64,000 nucleotides of DNA from contig MU058009.1 of assembly GCA_013265495.1 (NCBI GenBank), positions 1,118,001 to 1,182,000 of the forward strand, given 5' to 3'. This DNA is from Vicugna vicugna (lineage: Eukaryota). The position numbers and the translations under genes were made by a program. Below the pieces are notes generated by a model, which had not been told where the DNA came from, did no database searches, and was given only the letters and a program-made list of their open reading frames with translations. Within the stretch, counting starts at the first letter, position 1. Each line of letters starts with the position of its first letter. Positions 1 to 11,113 of the stretch are shown here, in pieces.

Positions 1-13
1 ACAGTTAAGCTTC

Positions 14-149
14 AAGGTGACTACAAGCTTGTGGGGGTGGGGGGTGACAAAAGTCTCCTTTCCCAGGACGGGGGGGCTTCCTGGGATACAAAATGTTGAT
101 GACTAAGGCCAGGAGAGTGTTGGGCAGACTGGGATGGTTGTTCATCCTA
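14..149. mobile_element. MER94-like hAT (Blackjack) MITE remnant
   Basis: Ends in 'ggccaggagagtgttgggcagactgggatggttgttcatccta', resembling the recalled MER94 terminus (...gggcaaactgggacg.ttggtcacccta). Confidence 0.5.
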
Positions 150-285
150 CTTGTGAGGGACCCAGAGCCAGAAGTCCCAGCTAAGCAGCACCCGCATTCC
201 TGAAGCTGTGAGACAGTAAATGTTGTTGTTCTAAGTCATTGATTTGGAGGCTAATTTGTTACACAGCAGTAAATAACTGAAATAT
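150..285 (+). mobile_element. MLT1-type MaLR LTR, 3' end fragment
   Basis: 'ctgtgagacagtaaatgttgttgttctaagtcattgatttggaggctaatttgttacacagcagtaaataactga' is a typical MLT1 3' terminus. Confidence 0.75.
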
Positions 286-479
286 ACTCCCAGGCACAGA
301 CAGCCAGAGTTACACCAACAAGGCAAGGTATCTGACTACTTCTCATGGTCAAATAATGACCATAAGAGAAAAGAGCTATCATTACCATGGTCAGCGGTTT
401 TCCTAAGGAAATTCTAGGGTTCCTACCTGATTGTTCCATGATGATGTCTACCTCTTGTCAAGACCCACCTGTGCATACA

Positions 480-1300
480 GAGCTTTCTAAAATCACTTTA
501 ACATTTCCCTTTTAAAGGAACTGACAACCAAGATTAAAATAAAATTTTAAAGAAGGCTTCTAATATAAAGGTCAAAAAACAAAGGAAATATACAGGAAAA
601 AATTAGACGAAAGGGAGAGTCTAGAGAGCAAAATAAAGCTTCACCAGAATCACTAATGTCCCCATTAATATACTCAAAAATGTGAAAAAAAAAGAGTACA
701 GTCATAAAATCAGAACAAATGCTATAAAAGGAGCATTAATAGAATAAATAATCTTGGGGTTGAAGAATATGAAAGATATTAAATCTTCACAGAACTGTTA
801 AAAGATAAAGGCAACTTTCTCAGAAATCTGAATAAAGTGACAGAGTTGAAGTGATAAAAGAAGAAAGAGAATTAAATTAAAGCATCAGTCTAAGATTAAT
901 AGGAATTCCAGACAATCAGAGAATTAAGAAAACAGAAGAAAATTATTCAATAGTTTTAAAAAATCCAACTTGAGAGGGGCCACCAAGAACGCCACACAAT
1001 AAATTTTTAAATAGACCCACATCATTAAAAAAAAAACTATAAAAGTAAAACCTATGTCACAAAATATTAGGACACTAGGAATAAAGACAATAACCTTTAA
1101 AAAATGCAGAGAAAAACTATACAAAATAGATCAAGAATCAAAATAGCATTACATTTCTCAATAGCACCATTGGATTATAGAACATAATGGAACAAAGCTT
1201 TAGTAATTCTCAAAGGAAATTATCAACAACCAGAATTCTGCCTCTGGAAAAAACTGAGAAGGAAACACCATTGTTTGAAGCAATTTGACAATGAAGTGTG
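480..1300 (+). mobile_element. Ancient L1/HAL1-like ORF1-region fragment
   Basis: A-rich strand with degenerate ORF1 motifs ('taataggaattccagac', 'aatcaaaatagcattacatttctcaatagcacc', 'aaccagaattctg'). Confidence 0.6.
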
Positions 1301-1369
1301 AGAGACACCCGCGTAGGGTTGAGAAAGGTATTTTGGGGAGGTCAGTAGTGCTCACTGATATTTTGAGAA

Positions 1370-1725
1370 CACCCCTCATTCTGGGCCCACAATCAGATAG
1401 CCCTGCCTGGCTCCCCCTGAGTTTCGATCTGGCCATGTGACTTCTTTGGCCATAAAATAAAAAAGGAAGTGACATGTTCCTCCTGTGCAGAGTCACTTAG
1501 AATTGGTGCACAGATCGTCATTCTCTCTTTGTCTGAAACATTAAGCCATGAAGCCCTGTGTTCAAATGATGGTGCCTCAATCTCTGAAGGGCTGGGATGA
1601 GGAGAGCTTTGGGACTACTCAGAATGGCCACGTGGAGGGGGTGGGAAGTAAATCTTACTTGTTTTAAGACATTAAAGTTTTTGAGCTATTGTCAGAGCAT
1701 TATTTAGACATCTTGATAAATGTGG
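1370..1725 (+). mobile_element. Old MLT1 (I/J-like) MaLR LTR
   Basis: 'ggccatgtgacttctttggccataaaat...ggaagtgacatgt' and 3' 'aaatcttactttgttttaagacattaaagttttt' match the older MLT1 pattern. Confidence 0.65.
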
Positions 1726-1879
1726 CGTGTTGTCTGTGGACTTGTGTTTAAAATGAAGGTATATTTATATGTTTGTATGATACAAAACAAGCAAACAAAA
1801 CACAACTAAAGGGGTAATGGTAAAGCATCCGAGGCAGAAAGATGGATAGAGATACGGCAGAAAAAAAGAGCAGCTGAAG

Positions 1880-2100
1880 CACCACAGGCTAATGGAAGAA
1901 TTAACCTTCAACAGGAAGAGAAACACCTCATCCTTTGTGACAGAAGAGAATGAGCTAAAATGGAATAGAAATGCACTTACAGTAATCAATATGAGGTCAG
2001 AATTTTTTCCATATAGGCTCTGTTTTCTTTTCTGATCAGTGAGAAATGAGGCCGTTCCTTGTGCATTGTTGAAATTGGTGGTGGTGGGGAATGAGAGAGA
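1880..2100 (-). mobile_element. L2 LINE fragment
   Basis: 'gaattaaccttcaacaggaagagaaacacctcatcc...tttctgatcagtgagaaatgaggc' resembles antisense L2. Confidence 0.4.
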
Positions 2101-2623
2101 ATGTGCCTGGCTCAGCTGGGAGAACAAAAATCACTTCCCTCATCCCAAGAGTGAAGGATTTCACTTCGGGAACACATGCTGGACGTGCTGAGAGAACGGA
2201 GGTCACGTAGCCGACGTGAAGATCTCCGCCGAAACAAATCTGTAAGGTCTCCTGCGAAACAGAAGAATTCCATGAGCTGGCATGCAAAAGACTAGAAGTC
2301 TCAAAAACATTTAGAGGAGAGCTGGCTGACCGAATATCTTAGTCTGCGTGAGTGAAGTGCGCAGTTATGAGGTCGCTCTAAATCCTGTAACTAATTGCGC
2401 ATCTGACAGCAACTACCTCCGGGGAATGAAGTCATCTCCTTCCCCTCCACTCACCCCACGTGAGAGCCTCTCACTGGCCGATACTCAGTGGCCAGAACCT
2501 CAGGGGAAAGGAGATTCTGGGAAATGTAGTTCCCTGTCTGCAGTTTAGTGAGCATCTGTGAAGGGGGCAGTGATGATGGCATATTGGCTACAGGACAGCT
2601 GGTAAGGCAAGCATTCTGACATG

Positions 2624-3135
2624 TGTCATTTGTGGCGACCTTCCACATTGTAAAGGCTCTCCCCACACTTTGATAGTCTCTCCTGGTGTAAATCCTGCTT
2701 TCTCATTGTAGGACCCCCACCCAAAACTGCATCTCCCAGCTCCCCTTGCTATTAGGGTCTAGACCTCTGCTTTAGGTTTTTAAGTCAGATGCGCTGTGGA
2801 AGAGTGATTCGGACCAGAGGTCTGTGGGGAACGAAGCAGGACAAAGAGCATCCAGTTTCCCCCCACAGATTACGGCAGAAGCAGCCCAGCTCTGAGCCAG
2901 GCCGAGGTGACGTATTTCTGACTTGAGATCCCCCGGATAAGGGAGAGCAAGCAGCTGCTCTCGGGGACCAGGTCCACGATGCAGCCCTGGGAGTTTCTCC
3001 TGGAACTTTGGCCTAGAATTTGTTCCTCAGTCGTCCCAAATAGTCCATGAACTATTCCTAGTTCATGTTAACAGCGCCTTGTCTACCTAAATTCGTCAGC
3101 GTTTTCTGTTTTCTTTAACTAAGGGCACTGACTTT
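2624..3135 (+). mobile_element. ERVL LTR (LTR33/LTR16-like)
   Basis: 'aaactgcatctcccagctccccttgctattagggt' and 3' 'ttttctgttttctttaactaagggcactgact' resemble LTR33/LTR16 families. Confidence 0.55.
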
Positions 3136-3862
3136 GTGGTTAGAGGTTGGTAAAGACTTGGAAAAATCAGTCTTCAGAAGAAGAAAGGAGGTAACGCTGT
3201 GGTGAGTCGCTAATAACGACCCCAGCCTATGTTATTTTTCTCTAGCAGTTCTTAGCAGCTCTGGTTACAAAGTGAAGATAGTAGTTGTTTGGATCAACTC
3301 AGACTGTTCCTGATTTTACAGCTGAAAGAATTGAAGACCTGAGTAGCTGATCCATGTCCCAGGCAAAGAAGGAGTGGGAATTGTGCCCTTGTTCATTAAG
3401 GTCTACATGAGGCTCTGGGGATGACATTCTCTTTCTTACAAATCCCCTCCCTCACTTGAGAACCCAAAAGCCACTCCACACAAATGAACTCTTTGTCTCA
3501 GCGGTCAATTAACCCTCATTGACAAATGTGGTCTCATACACGTATGAATATTAAGATATTTATTGGGGCTCATGCTTATTTGTTGCGTAAATACTTGATT
3601 CTTTGTTATCTATAGTGAAAGAACTGCAGGAATCTATGAAAAGTTCTCGGATCCTTCTACCCAGGCAACAGCAGTGAAAACACGCATCATTGTTTAGAAA
3701 GTTGTTAACTTTCTTAATAGAAGGAACCATTCTGTGTGCATGTTCTGAAGCAAGAAATAATATTTTAGTCCTTACACAAAACCAATACTTTGAGGAAAAA
3801 CATGTCAAACATGCGATCAGTTGTGTCTTGATAGGAAATCAAATTCCTGTAATTGCCATAAT

Positions 3863-3950
3863 ACACACATACACACGAATCCATGCACGCACGCACACAC
3901 ACACACACAACACATAGACATACATGAACACACACGCACATGCATACACT
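3863..3950. repeat. Imperfect (CA)n microsatellite
   Basis: 'acacacatacacacg...gcacgcacacacacacacacaacac' seen directly. Confidence 0.9.
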
Positions 3951-4150
3951 CGTGTGCTTGCTTCTTAAGACTTCTAAAAGCTCTCTTGTCCTGGTGCATT
4001 CGAACGGCCAGATTTCTAAGTCTACATTTCAGGCTCCAAAATAAATATTTTTTAAAACCTTAACCAATTAGGGATAGAAAATCTATGCTCACTCTGGATC
4101 TGAGCAAACTGGGTTTGACGACAATTCATTGTGAATGTGCTGCTTTCTTT

Positions 4151-4169
4151 CGTGGCCACCTGGTGGTTA
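4151..4169 (-). promoter_or_regulatory. Candidate CTCF site
   Basis: Minus strand reads AACCACCAGGTGGCCACG, matching the CTCF core CCASYAGRKGGC. Confidence 0.45.
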
Positions 4170-5699
4170 AGCCTCCATGTTTCTGTAGCCTTGGTGTGAA
4201 CGGTCTGGATGCTTGTTTCGGTTCATATCAAATCTTCCTGGCCTTGGATTAACCTTCTTTCTTGAGATTCAGGTTTTCCAAATGGCCAATGACTAAATGA
4301 CTCAAATGACTGAAAAGGATTTGAGAGCTTTCTAAGCCTTGCTTAAGAAAGTACATGCTGAATACCCTTCAAATCTGCAGTCCTGAATTAATTTGTCAGG
4401 GAAAGCCCACTGGATTTTCAGTGCGTAAATAGGAGAGATAAAGCACCCGAATATGACACTGGGAGGAAAAAACCGGCAAAACCTAGAAGATCCATTATGA
4501 AATTACTGTTGCCCATTTAAACAAGCATGGAGGCCTGGGGCGTCTGCTGGTGAATTGTAACTGATGACCAAGGGGAGTAAAAGTATCACCCAGTGGTTTC
4601 CAAAGCAGGGCTCCCGTGAGGTGCGGGGAGATGCTGAAGCGCTGAAAAGTAAACTGTGCTCAACTCGGAGAGCAGGGTGGTGGTGAACAGTGCATTTTAT
4701 TTATGTCTTTGAAGAATGGCAGTGGAAGTGCTAATTTTGCCATTTTTAGATTTACTTAAATCTGAAATCAGTGGAGCAAAAGCAAAAACCCACAAGGCCA
4801 GCCCAGCCTTATGGTTTAGATAATGCCCACTGTGTGGTTCATTAACTGTGTGTGTCTCTTTTATCACCCGTCCTTGTCCCCTGGGAGTTTCCCAGGAGCA
4901 GGGCTGGAGGCTTCCTGTGATGAGGGCGGAGGAGTTGGAAAACACCACGCTGGGAGTGCAGTGTGGCGCAGAGGCTTCCAACCCTGTACGACCCAATACC
5001 TCCTTTTTTTTTTTTTTTATCACAGATGTGTTGTAAGACCCCTTATGCTTGTAAAATGCACCCACTCATGTGCACAGATGCAGGCTGTATCACAGGTCCC
5101 AGCACAGGGGGAGAGGAAGGACTTTCCAGAAAGAAGCCAGGGTAGGGAACAACCATCAATATCTAAAAGCCTTAGAAATGACATGAAACAGAAATAAAAG
5201 AAAATTAATATATACTAATGTAGTAACTATGGTACAAAATGAAAAAAATAAAAAAGTAATCTTATAACAAAACAGTAAGTACTGGATTATGTAAATGCTC
5301 AGATCTAACCTCATTAGTGGCTTAAAAAGGGAGTCTTGCTTCCATACATCAAAGTAATCTAAAAGCGATCGCTCCAAGTACAAAAGAGCGCAGATATGTT
5401 GTAGGTGAGTCAGTTATTTCAAGAATCATGGCTGTCAGCAGTATAGCTCCCCAAAATGGTAATTATTTTTGAAACTTCTGAGCAAAACCAGCCACAATAT
5501 TTCTTTAATTTACATTGTAGTTGCATCCCAGGGAAATCCAGTATATATTAAAACCGTACACAAAATACATTTTATGTTTACGTAAAGTTGAATTAGAGTC
5601 TAATTTCAGTAAATGATGAGTAGTTTTCCCTCCCACACACAGAATTACAAGCCTCCATGCTGGAAATGTGAATATATAGGCAAGCGTGTAAGTCTATTT

Positions 5700-6400
5700 C
5701 TGGCCTGGACCCCTGCCCTAATCTCGGTACTTGGGCATCCAAATTCCCACTCCAGTAAGTTTACCTGAAAGTCTAAAAGGCATCTCAAACTTTGCCTGTA
5801 AAATTCCCTTTCCTCCTTCACTTGTTTCCATCTCAGTAAATGTCACCTCTATAGTTCTGGTTACCAAGGCCAAAACAGCGGACTCGGTTCCACACTTGCT
5901 CTGTGCCCCACATCCAATTCACCAGCAAGTCCTGTAGGCTCGACTGTCAAAACTACCCAGAGTCCAACAATTCTTCTGTCACCACGACCACCCTGGCCAA
6001 AATGCCCACACCCTCCACGTGCATTGTTTCAGCTCTCCTAACCTGTCCCCCTGCGTTTCTCTCTCTCCCTGTAGAGTCTGTCATAACATAGACACCAGTG
6101 AGCCTCAGAACACTGAGGTCGGCTCCCATCGCTGTCTATTCTCAGCTCCTCAGCACCCTCAGGGGCTCCCGTCTCACTCAGAGTCCAGGTCTATCACTTC
6201 CCTGCCTCCTCCCTTACCTCTCTTATCTAATTTTCCGGTCTCCCTCCACCGCGACGCTCAGCCACGCCAGCCTCCGGGCTGGTCCCCGAGCACCCAGGAA
6301 GCACACCCCACTGCTGGGCTTTTGCTCCTGCTCTGCCCGGCCTGCTCTTTCCCCGGGAATCTGTCTGCAGGCCTCACTTGCTCTGTCCTTTCAGTTTTCG
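5700..6400 (+). mobile_element. L2 LINE fragment
   Basis: 'aaggcatctcaaactt', 'ccatctcagtaaatgtcacctc', 'caccagcaagtcctgtaggctc' are L2 3'-region hallmarks. The overlapping 149/152-aa ORFs are incidental. Confidence 0.75.
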
Positions 6401-6429
6401 GCTCAGTTGATATGTATCATTGTGTCCTG

Positions 6430-6900
6430 CCGGGCCAAGGAGGAAGGACATGCCAGGCATCAAAGTAAACCTGAAACGTTCGGAATGGCAGAGAAACAAC
6501 GAGGTGTACAGTTTGACTGTAGTTTAAGGAGTAAAAAGATACATAATCCTGGGTAAGGGCACCGTGAGAGAGATTTTGAAGGATGTTGAATTTTGGCTAA
6601 GCAGGAGTTTTAGACTTGCATCCTGTCGCTAATGGGGAGTTGCAGACGGTTTTTGAGAGGGGAGTGAAATCATTCAAAAAGGGCTGCATGGATAGAGTAG
6701 GATGGGTCACTGGGGAGAGAGATGGATATTGAGCACAGCGCTGTTGCAGTTGTGCAAGTACAAAGTAACACACCACTAACGCAGAGAATTCATCATTGGA
6801 TTGGATTGGAGAGATTACCTGCAGAAAGATTAACCATAAAAATGTCAGCTGGATTGATTTGGAAGGAAAGTGGTATTTGATCAGATTCACCGTCTTGGTG
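6430..6900 (-). mobile_element. L2 LINE fragment (antisense)
   Basis: 'ggagttttagacttgcatcctgtcgctaatggggagttgcagacggtttttgagaggggagtga' is typical antisense L2. Confidence 0.6.
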
Positions 6901-7076
6901 GGACTTTCCTCAAACGCTGCATTCATTCATTCGGCATAGACCATATCATTGTTATGTTATGTCATGCTGTGTTGTTACGTTACATGTTATATATTAGAAA
7001 TTCCCATACATCCTTTCCCCTTCCTCTGCTTCATTTACTCCACTGAATTTGCAGCAAACTGAATAATATTACATAC

Positions 7077-7283
7077 CAGAGGTCAAAAAACTTTTTCTGT
7101 ACAGGATTAGGTAGTAAATATTTGAAGCTTTCAGGCTAGATAACCTCTGCTGCAATTATACCCAACTCTGTCATTGTAGCATGAGTTCATCCACAGACAA
7201 CACTTAAACAAATGGGAGAGTTCAAACAAAACTTTATTTCCAAAAATAGGTAGTAGGCAGCGTTTGTTGTGACTGACTCCCTG
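7077..7283. mobile_element. MER58A-like hAT-Charlie MITE, inserted in an L2 3' end (about 7000-7450)
   Basis: CAGAGG...CCCTG termini; internal 'aaactttttctgtacagg...agtaaatattt' and 'aaaactttattt'. Confidence 0.8.
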
Positions 7284-8687
7284 CTCTTTGCTTTCCTTTT
7301 TTTCTTTTTCTTTTTTGGTTTCGGTATTTAGCTCCTTCTTTATCTCCTTCTAGAAAGTGAGGGTCATGAAGACAGACATTTTTGGTCTGCATTGTTCATC
7401 ACTGTCTTCCTAATGTTTGAAATAGTGTGGGAACATAGTGTTGGGTATTGCATGATTTCAGTCGCAGGATATTAGGTGGGAATGAAAGATGACGAAATGT
7501 TCCCCACCCTTTTCCTACCCTAGATTTAGTAGTTCTAAATATTTGCTAAAATAGATAAAGGCAAATCCCTTACTTAGAAAACATTGGCCCTCCATTGCTG
7601 ACAGATACACTTAAGCTTCTTAGCACATACAGCATTCTGAAGAAGGTAACAAAGAGCTGGTGCAGGGTGACCTGGAGAAGGGTCTCATTTTCATGCTTCT
7701 AAGGATCAGACGTGCAATTACAAGTCAACAAAGTAAGACGGAGCCACGTTAACTACACTCAAAATGGCCCGCTGAACAAACTAGAATACCACTGCACTAA
7801 TTTACATGAGAAGTGCATCTATTGGAGGAACTGGTTTCCGCACAGGTGTGTCCAGGCACCAGGGACACAACCTGACTCTGCTGCTCTGTGTATCGCCTCC
7901 CTGAAATCAAACCGACATGGAAAATGCTCACGATCAGGAGGCTTCACAGTGAACCCAGACTCACAATAAAAAAATGTAGCTCATTGCAAAATTAATTACA
8001 TCATTAATAAAGGTATAAAAGCAGACTGAGTTCCCAGGGCTCCAAGTCCTCCAAGATTTTCGTATCTAAACAGTTTTATTTTCTTCTGTATTGTATATTG
8101 AACGTTGGCATAAAATTTCACTGGGACAAAAAAAGCAGCTTTTCTATGAAAAATTCAACTCACTGCATTTCTCAGTTTGATGATAATGCCAACAGTACCA
8201 TCATTTCGGAATATTCTGTTGCGTGTTTTGGGGTCAAACATATTCTCTTTCACTGGATTTTGTTGACTACAGAATGCAGCTGTTTGCCTCTGTGATTTTC
8301 TCTCTGAATAGTTCTATTGTTGAAAAAATATTTGGATTGATTTTAGAAGTTAATATTTTTAATCAGATTATAGTCAAGTCTTACCCTTGGGAAAAAGTCT
8401 ATTTAAAATGATTTTACATCTCACCTGTGATCCATTTAGTTCATCTTTTAACATTCATTGGTTAATGTTACCGGATGGTTTCTAAATCCTTACTGCTTTC
8501 CCAGTCATTGTCCACAAGACTTCATCTTTCCTCCAGCTTCTTTCTTAATTAAATCTTCCATTTGAACTGCACCAAAATCTCCACTCCTGCTCAACACAAA
8601 GTCGCTTGGATACTTTCTTGTTAAATGATAGTAGGCAATTTATTTAACCAGTCCGTGCCTCATCATACAAAATGAGGACACTAGGAA

Positions 8688-9323
8688 TGAGACAGGAAGG
8701 GGGCAGGGCACAGCCATTCAAGTAACGTTACAGCAATTAACATCAAAATGGTGGGAGACTCAACCCCCAGGAGGCCTTGAGGCTCAAGATGGTGGGAGAT
8801 TTGACTTCTAGTAGACCTTGAACTTCATTATATGCTCATTGTAATATATTAACATGGTGAATAACGTGCCCACAGGCGCCATGGCCGTCCCAAGGCTGGC
8901 CACAAAAGGTCAAAGGGTGGGAAATGGCCAACTTCCTGGGAATCCCAGCCCCTTCCCCAGACTAGTTAGACTGGTCGTTCCTCTGATTAGCATATGAAAC
9001 TACCAAAGCCCATAAAAACTGGCAACGCGGGGCCTTGTGACCCCTGCCCCACCTTCCCTGCCTTCGAAGACGGCCTGCGCTCTGTCTATGGAGTGTGTAC
9101 TTGCTTTTACTGTAATCTGAGCACCCAACCCCCACACTTCACGGCCTATCTCTTGCCTTTCAATGTATCTCTCTGAATAAATCTATTTTGACTCAACTGT
9201 GGCTCGCTCTTAAATTCTTTCCTGCATGAAGCCAAGGACCCACACTTGGTGGGGCACGTCCCAGGGGCTCAACCGAAGCCCGGGACACAGCTCTCCTCAC
9301 CCCACATCCGTTTTCTTGCATCA
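8688..9323 (+). mobile_element. Solo ERV (class I-like) LTR, 636 bp
   Basis: TG...CA termini, TATA-like CATAAAA near 9011, AATAAA near 9176, near-TSD GGAA/GTAA. MIR sequence continues on both sides. Confidence 0.85.
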
Positions 9324-10577
9324 GTAATACTAGCTTACAATTTGCTGTGATGGTTGAATCTAGTAAGTGCTCAAAGCAATAAGCTCTCAGTATTTTTACT
9401 TGTGCTTCAAGTTCTCCATCAAATGACATCTTCTGTGTGATGCCTTTACCAGAGAGAGATAAGAGAGGCATGACTTAATAGTTACATTATTGTGATATAG
9501 AGGGAAATTAGAAGATAATGAGAAAGCTCAGGGCAACCACTGTGGGGTACTGAGGTAGAATTGAAGGAAAGCAAGGTCAATCTGGAATTAATCTTAGTCT
9601 TCTAGTAGTAATTTACCCCAGAATTTCTTTCATGCCTGTAAGCAGCCTTTGCCATGATAAAATCCAAAAGCCAGGATGAAAATGTTATTTATTAAAAAGT
9701 TTTTATGTTAGTAAGTTGGTTAAAGAAGGATGCTGCTCCCTGAAGAAAAATGCACATGTCAGATTCATGGAAGAGAGTATCACATGGCACAGGGATTCAT
9801 GCAAAATAAACTACAGGCAGAAATGTTAGGATTTGAGAAAATAAATAATCATCAGAAGGAAAATGTATTCAGCTCAACACTATGCAATGTAGCTGAGGCT
9901 GCCTCTCCGCGGTGCCAGGACTTCTGAAGATGCCAGCATCAGCGCATCAGTCATAACTTTGCACCTGTTCTCAGACATACCTCCCCTTCCCAGGGTTTGC
10001 AGCTGAAAATAAAGCTGCAGATAGGCTGCGAAAGAGTAATCCAACTTAGCACGTGCCACTGCAAGAATCCCCGATCCCCTGGCCTTCTCCAGCCTGGAGT
10101 CTGCACGGCAGGCTTGGTCGTCCAAAGATGACCAGATATATTCACTGCATAGTCCCAAAGTTTAATGCTGTATGAAGCCTAAGGTAAGTTGAAAGAAAAA
10201 TCTGCTCTGAAAGGGTAATAGGTCTCTGAGCTATTGCAAAATAGTACAGAAATCAGTGATTCAGTGCTTCAGTGTAGTCCATACTCCAGAGACACCATCC
10301 CACTGCCCTGTTGCAATTAAAAGATAGATATTTAAAGAAAATAGGAAATGTAATCTTGCAAGCAAACCACGCAAGTTGACATGCATCCTAGAAATGTACC
10401 TTCTAATTGCCAAGCTGTATCCTCGCTCAGGTCATTTCTCTATACCTGGAATTCCTTCCCTTTTTTCCCTTTGTCAGGCTAAGCTAAAACTAATCTCTTC
10501 CATAACAACTTAATGTTTACATAGTTTACTGTTACATTCTCATTTTCTTTGTTTCTATAACGCTAATAGGCTAGCCT

Positions 10578-10805
10578 TGAGACAGCATGGAAGGGGGCAG
10601 GGCACAGCCACTCAAGGAATGACAGCAATTTAACACCAAAATGGTGAAAGATTCAACTCCTGGTTGGCCTTGAGGATTAAGGGATTTGACTTCTAGTAGA
10701 CCCTGAGCTTCATTATATGCTCATTGTAAAAGCAGGATTAATAACCTGCCCGCAGGTGCCATGACAGCCCCAAGGCTGCCCGCAAAAGGCCGAAGAGTGG
10801 GCGCT
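10578..10805 (+). mobile_element. 5' part of a second LTR of the same family as 8688-9323
   Basis: Aligns by eye with 8688-8920: 'tgagacag..gaagggggcagggcacagcca', 'gatttgacttctagtagacc', 'cttcattatatgctcattgtaa'. Confidence 0.85.
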
Positions 10806-11113
10806 TGTCAAAGGAATGAATACAATGAGCCCAAATGCTTGCTTCCTCCCGTTCATAGAAAAGCGCTCAATTCTTTAGCTTGAGATGCCTGGTTTTCTTC
10901 AGTTAACAAGCAATCTTTTCATGTTCCAACTACCTGTTCTTTGCTGTAAAACTCCTCTGTACCCTGGCTCCTCCCCGACCTCTTCGGAGCAGCCCCTCAG
11001 AGGGATCTGAGAGGCTGTCATCCCGGGCTCGCGGGGGTTCGAGTCCTCGGAAATGTCCGCCAAATGAAACGTTAACTCTCAACTCTTAGACTGTGCATTT
11101 ATTTCAGTCAGCA
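10806..11113 (+). mobile_element. LTR of a different ERV family
   Basis: Begins TGTCA where similarity to the first LTR stops; ends 'aactctcaactcttagactgtgcatttatttcagtcagca', a U5-like terminus. Confidence 0.65.

Noticed and set aside
2176..2295. Arg-rich 39-aa ORF MLDVLRERRSRSRREDLRRNK...
   Set aside because: Short, no recognisable homologue or supporting gene structure; Arg content follows from local CpG richness.
6019..6556. 149-aa and 152-aa overlapping ORFs
   Set aside because: Within C-rich decayed L2; low stop-codon density explains them.
8688..10805. Two same-orientation LTRs as ends of one provirus
   Set aside because: No primer-binding site after the first LTR, which has its own near-TSD and flanking MIR halves. 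The spacer shows no gag/pol/env similarity and the LTRs are clearly diverged.
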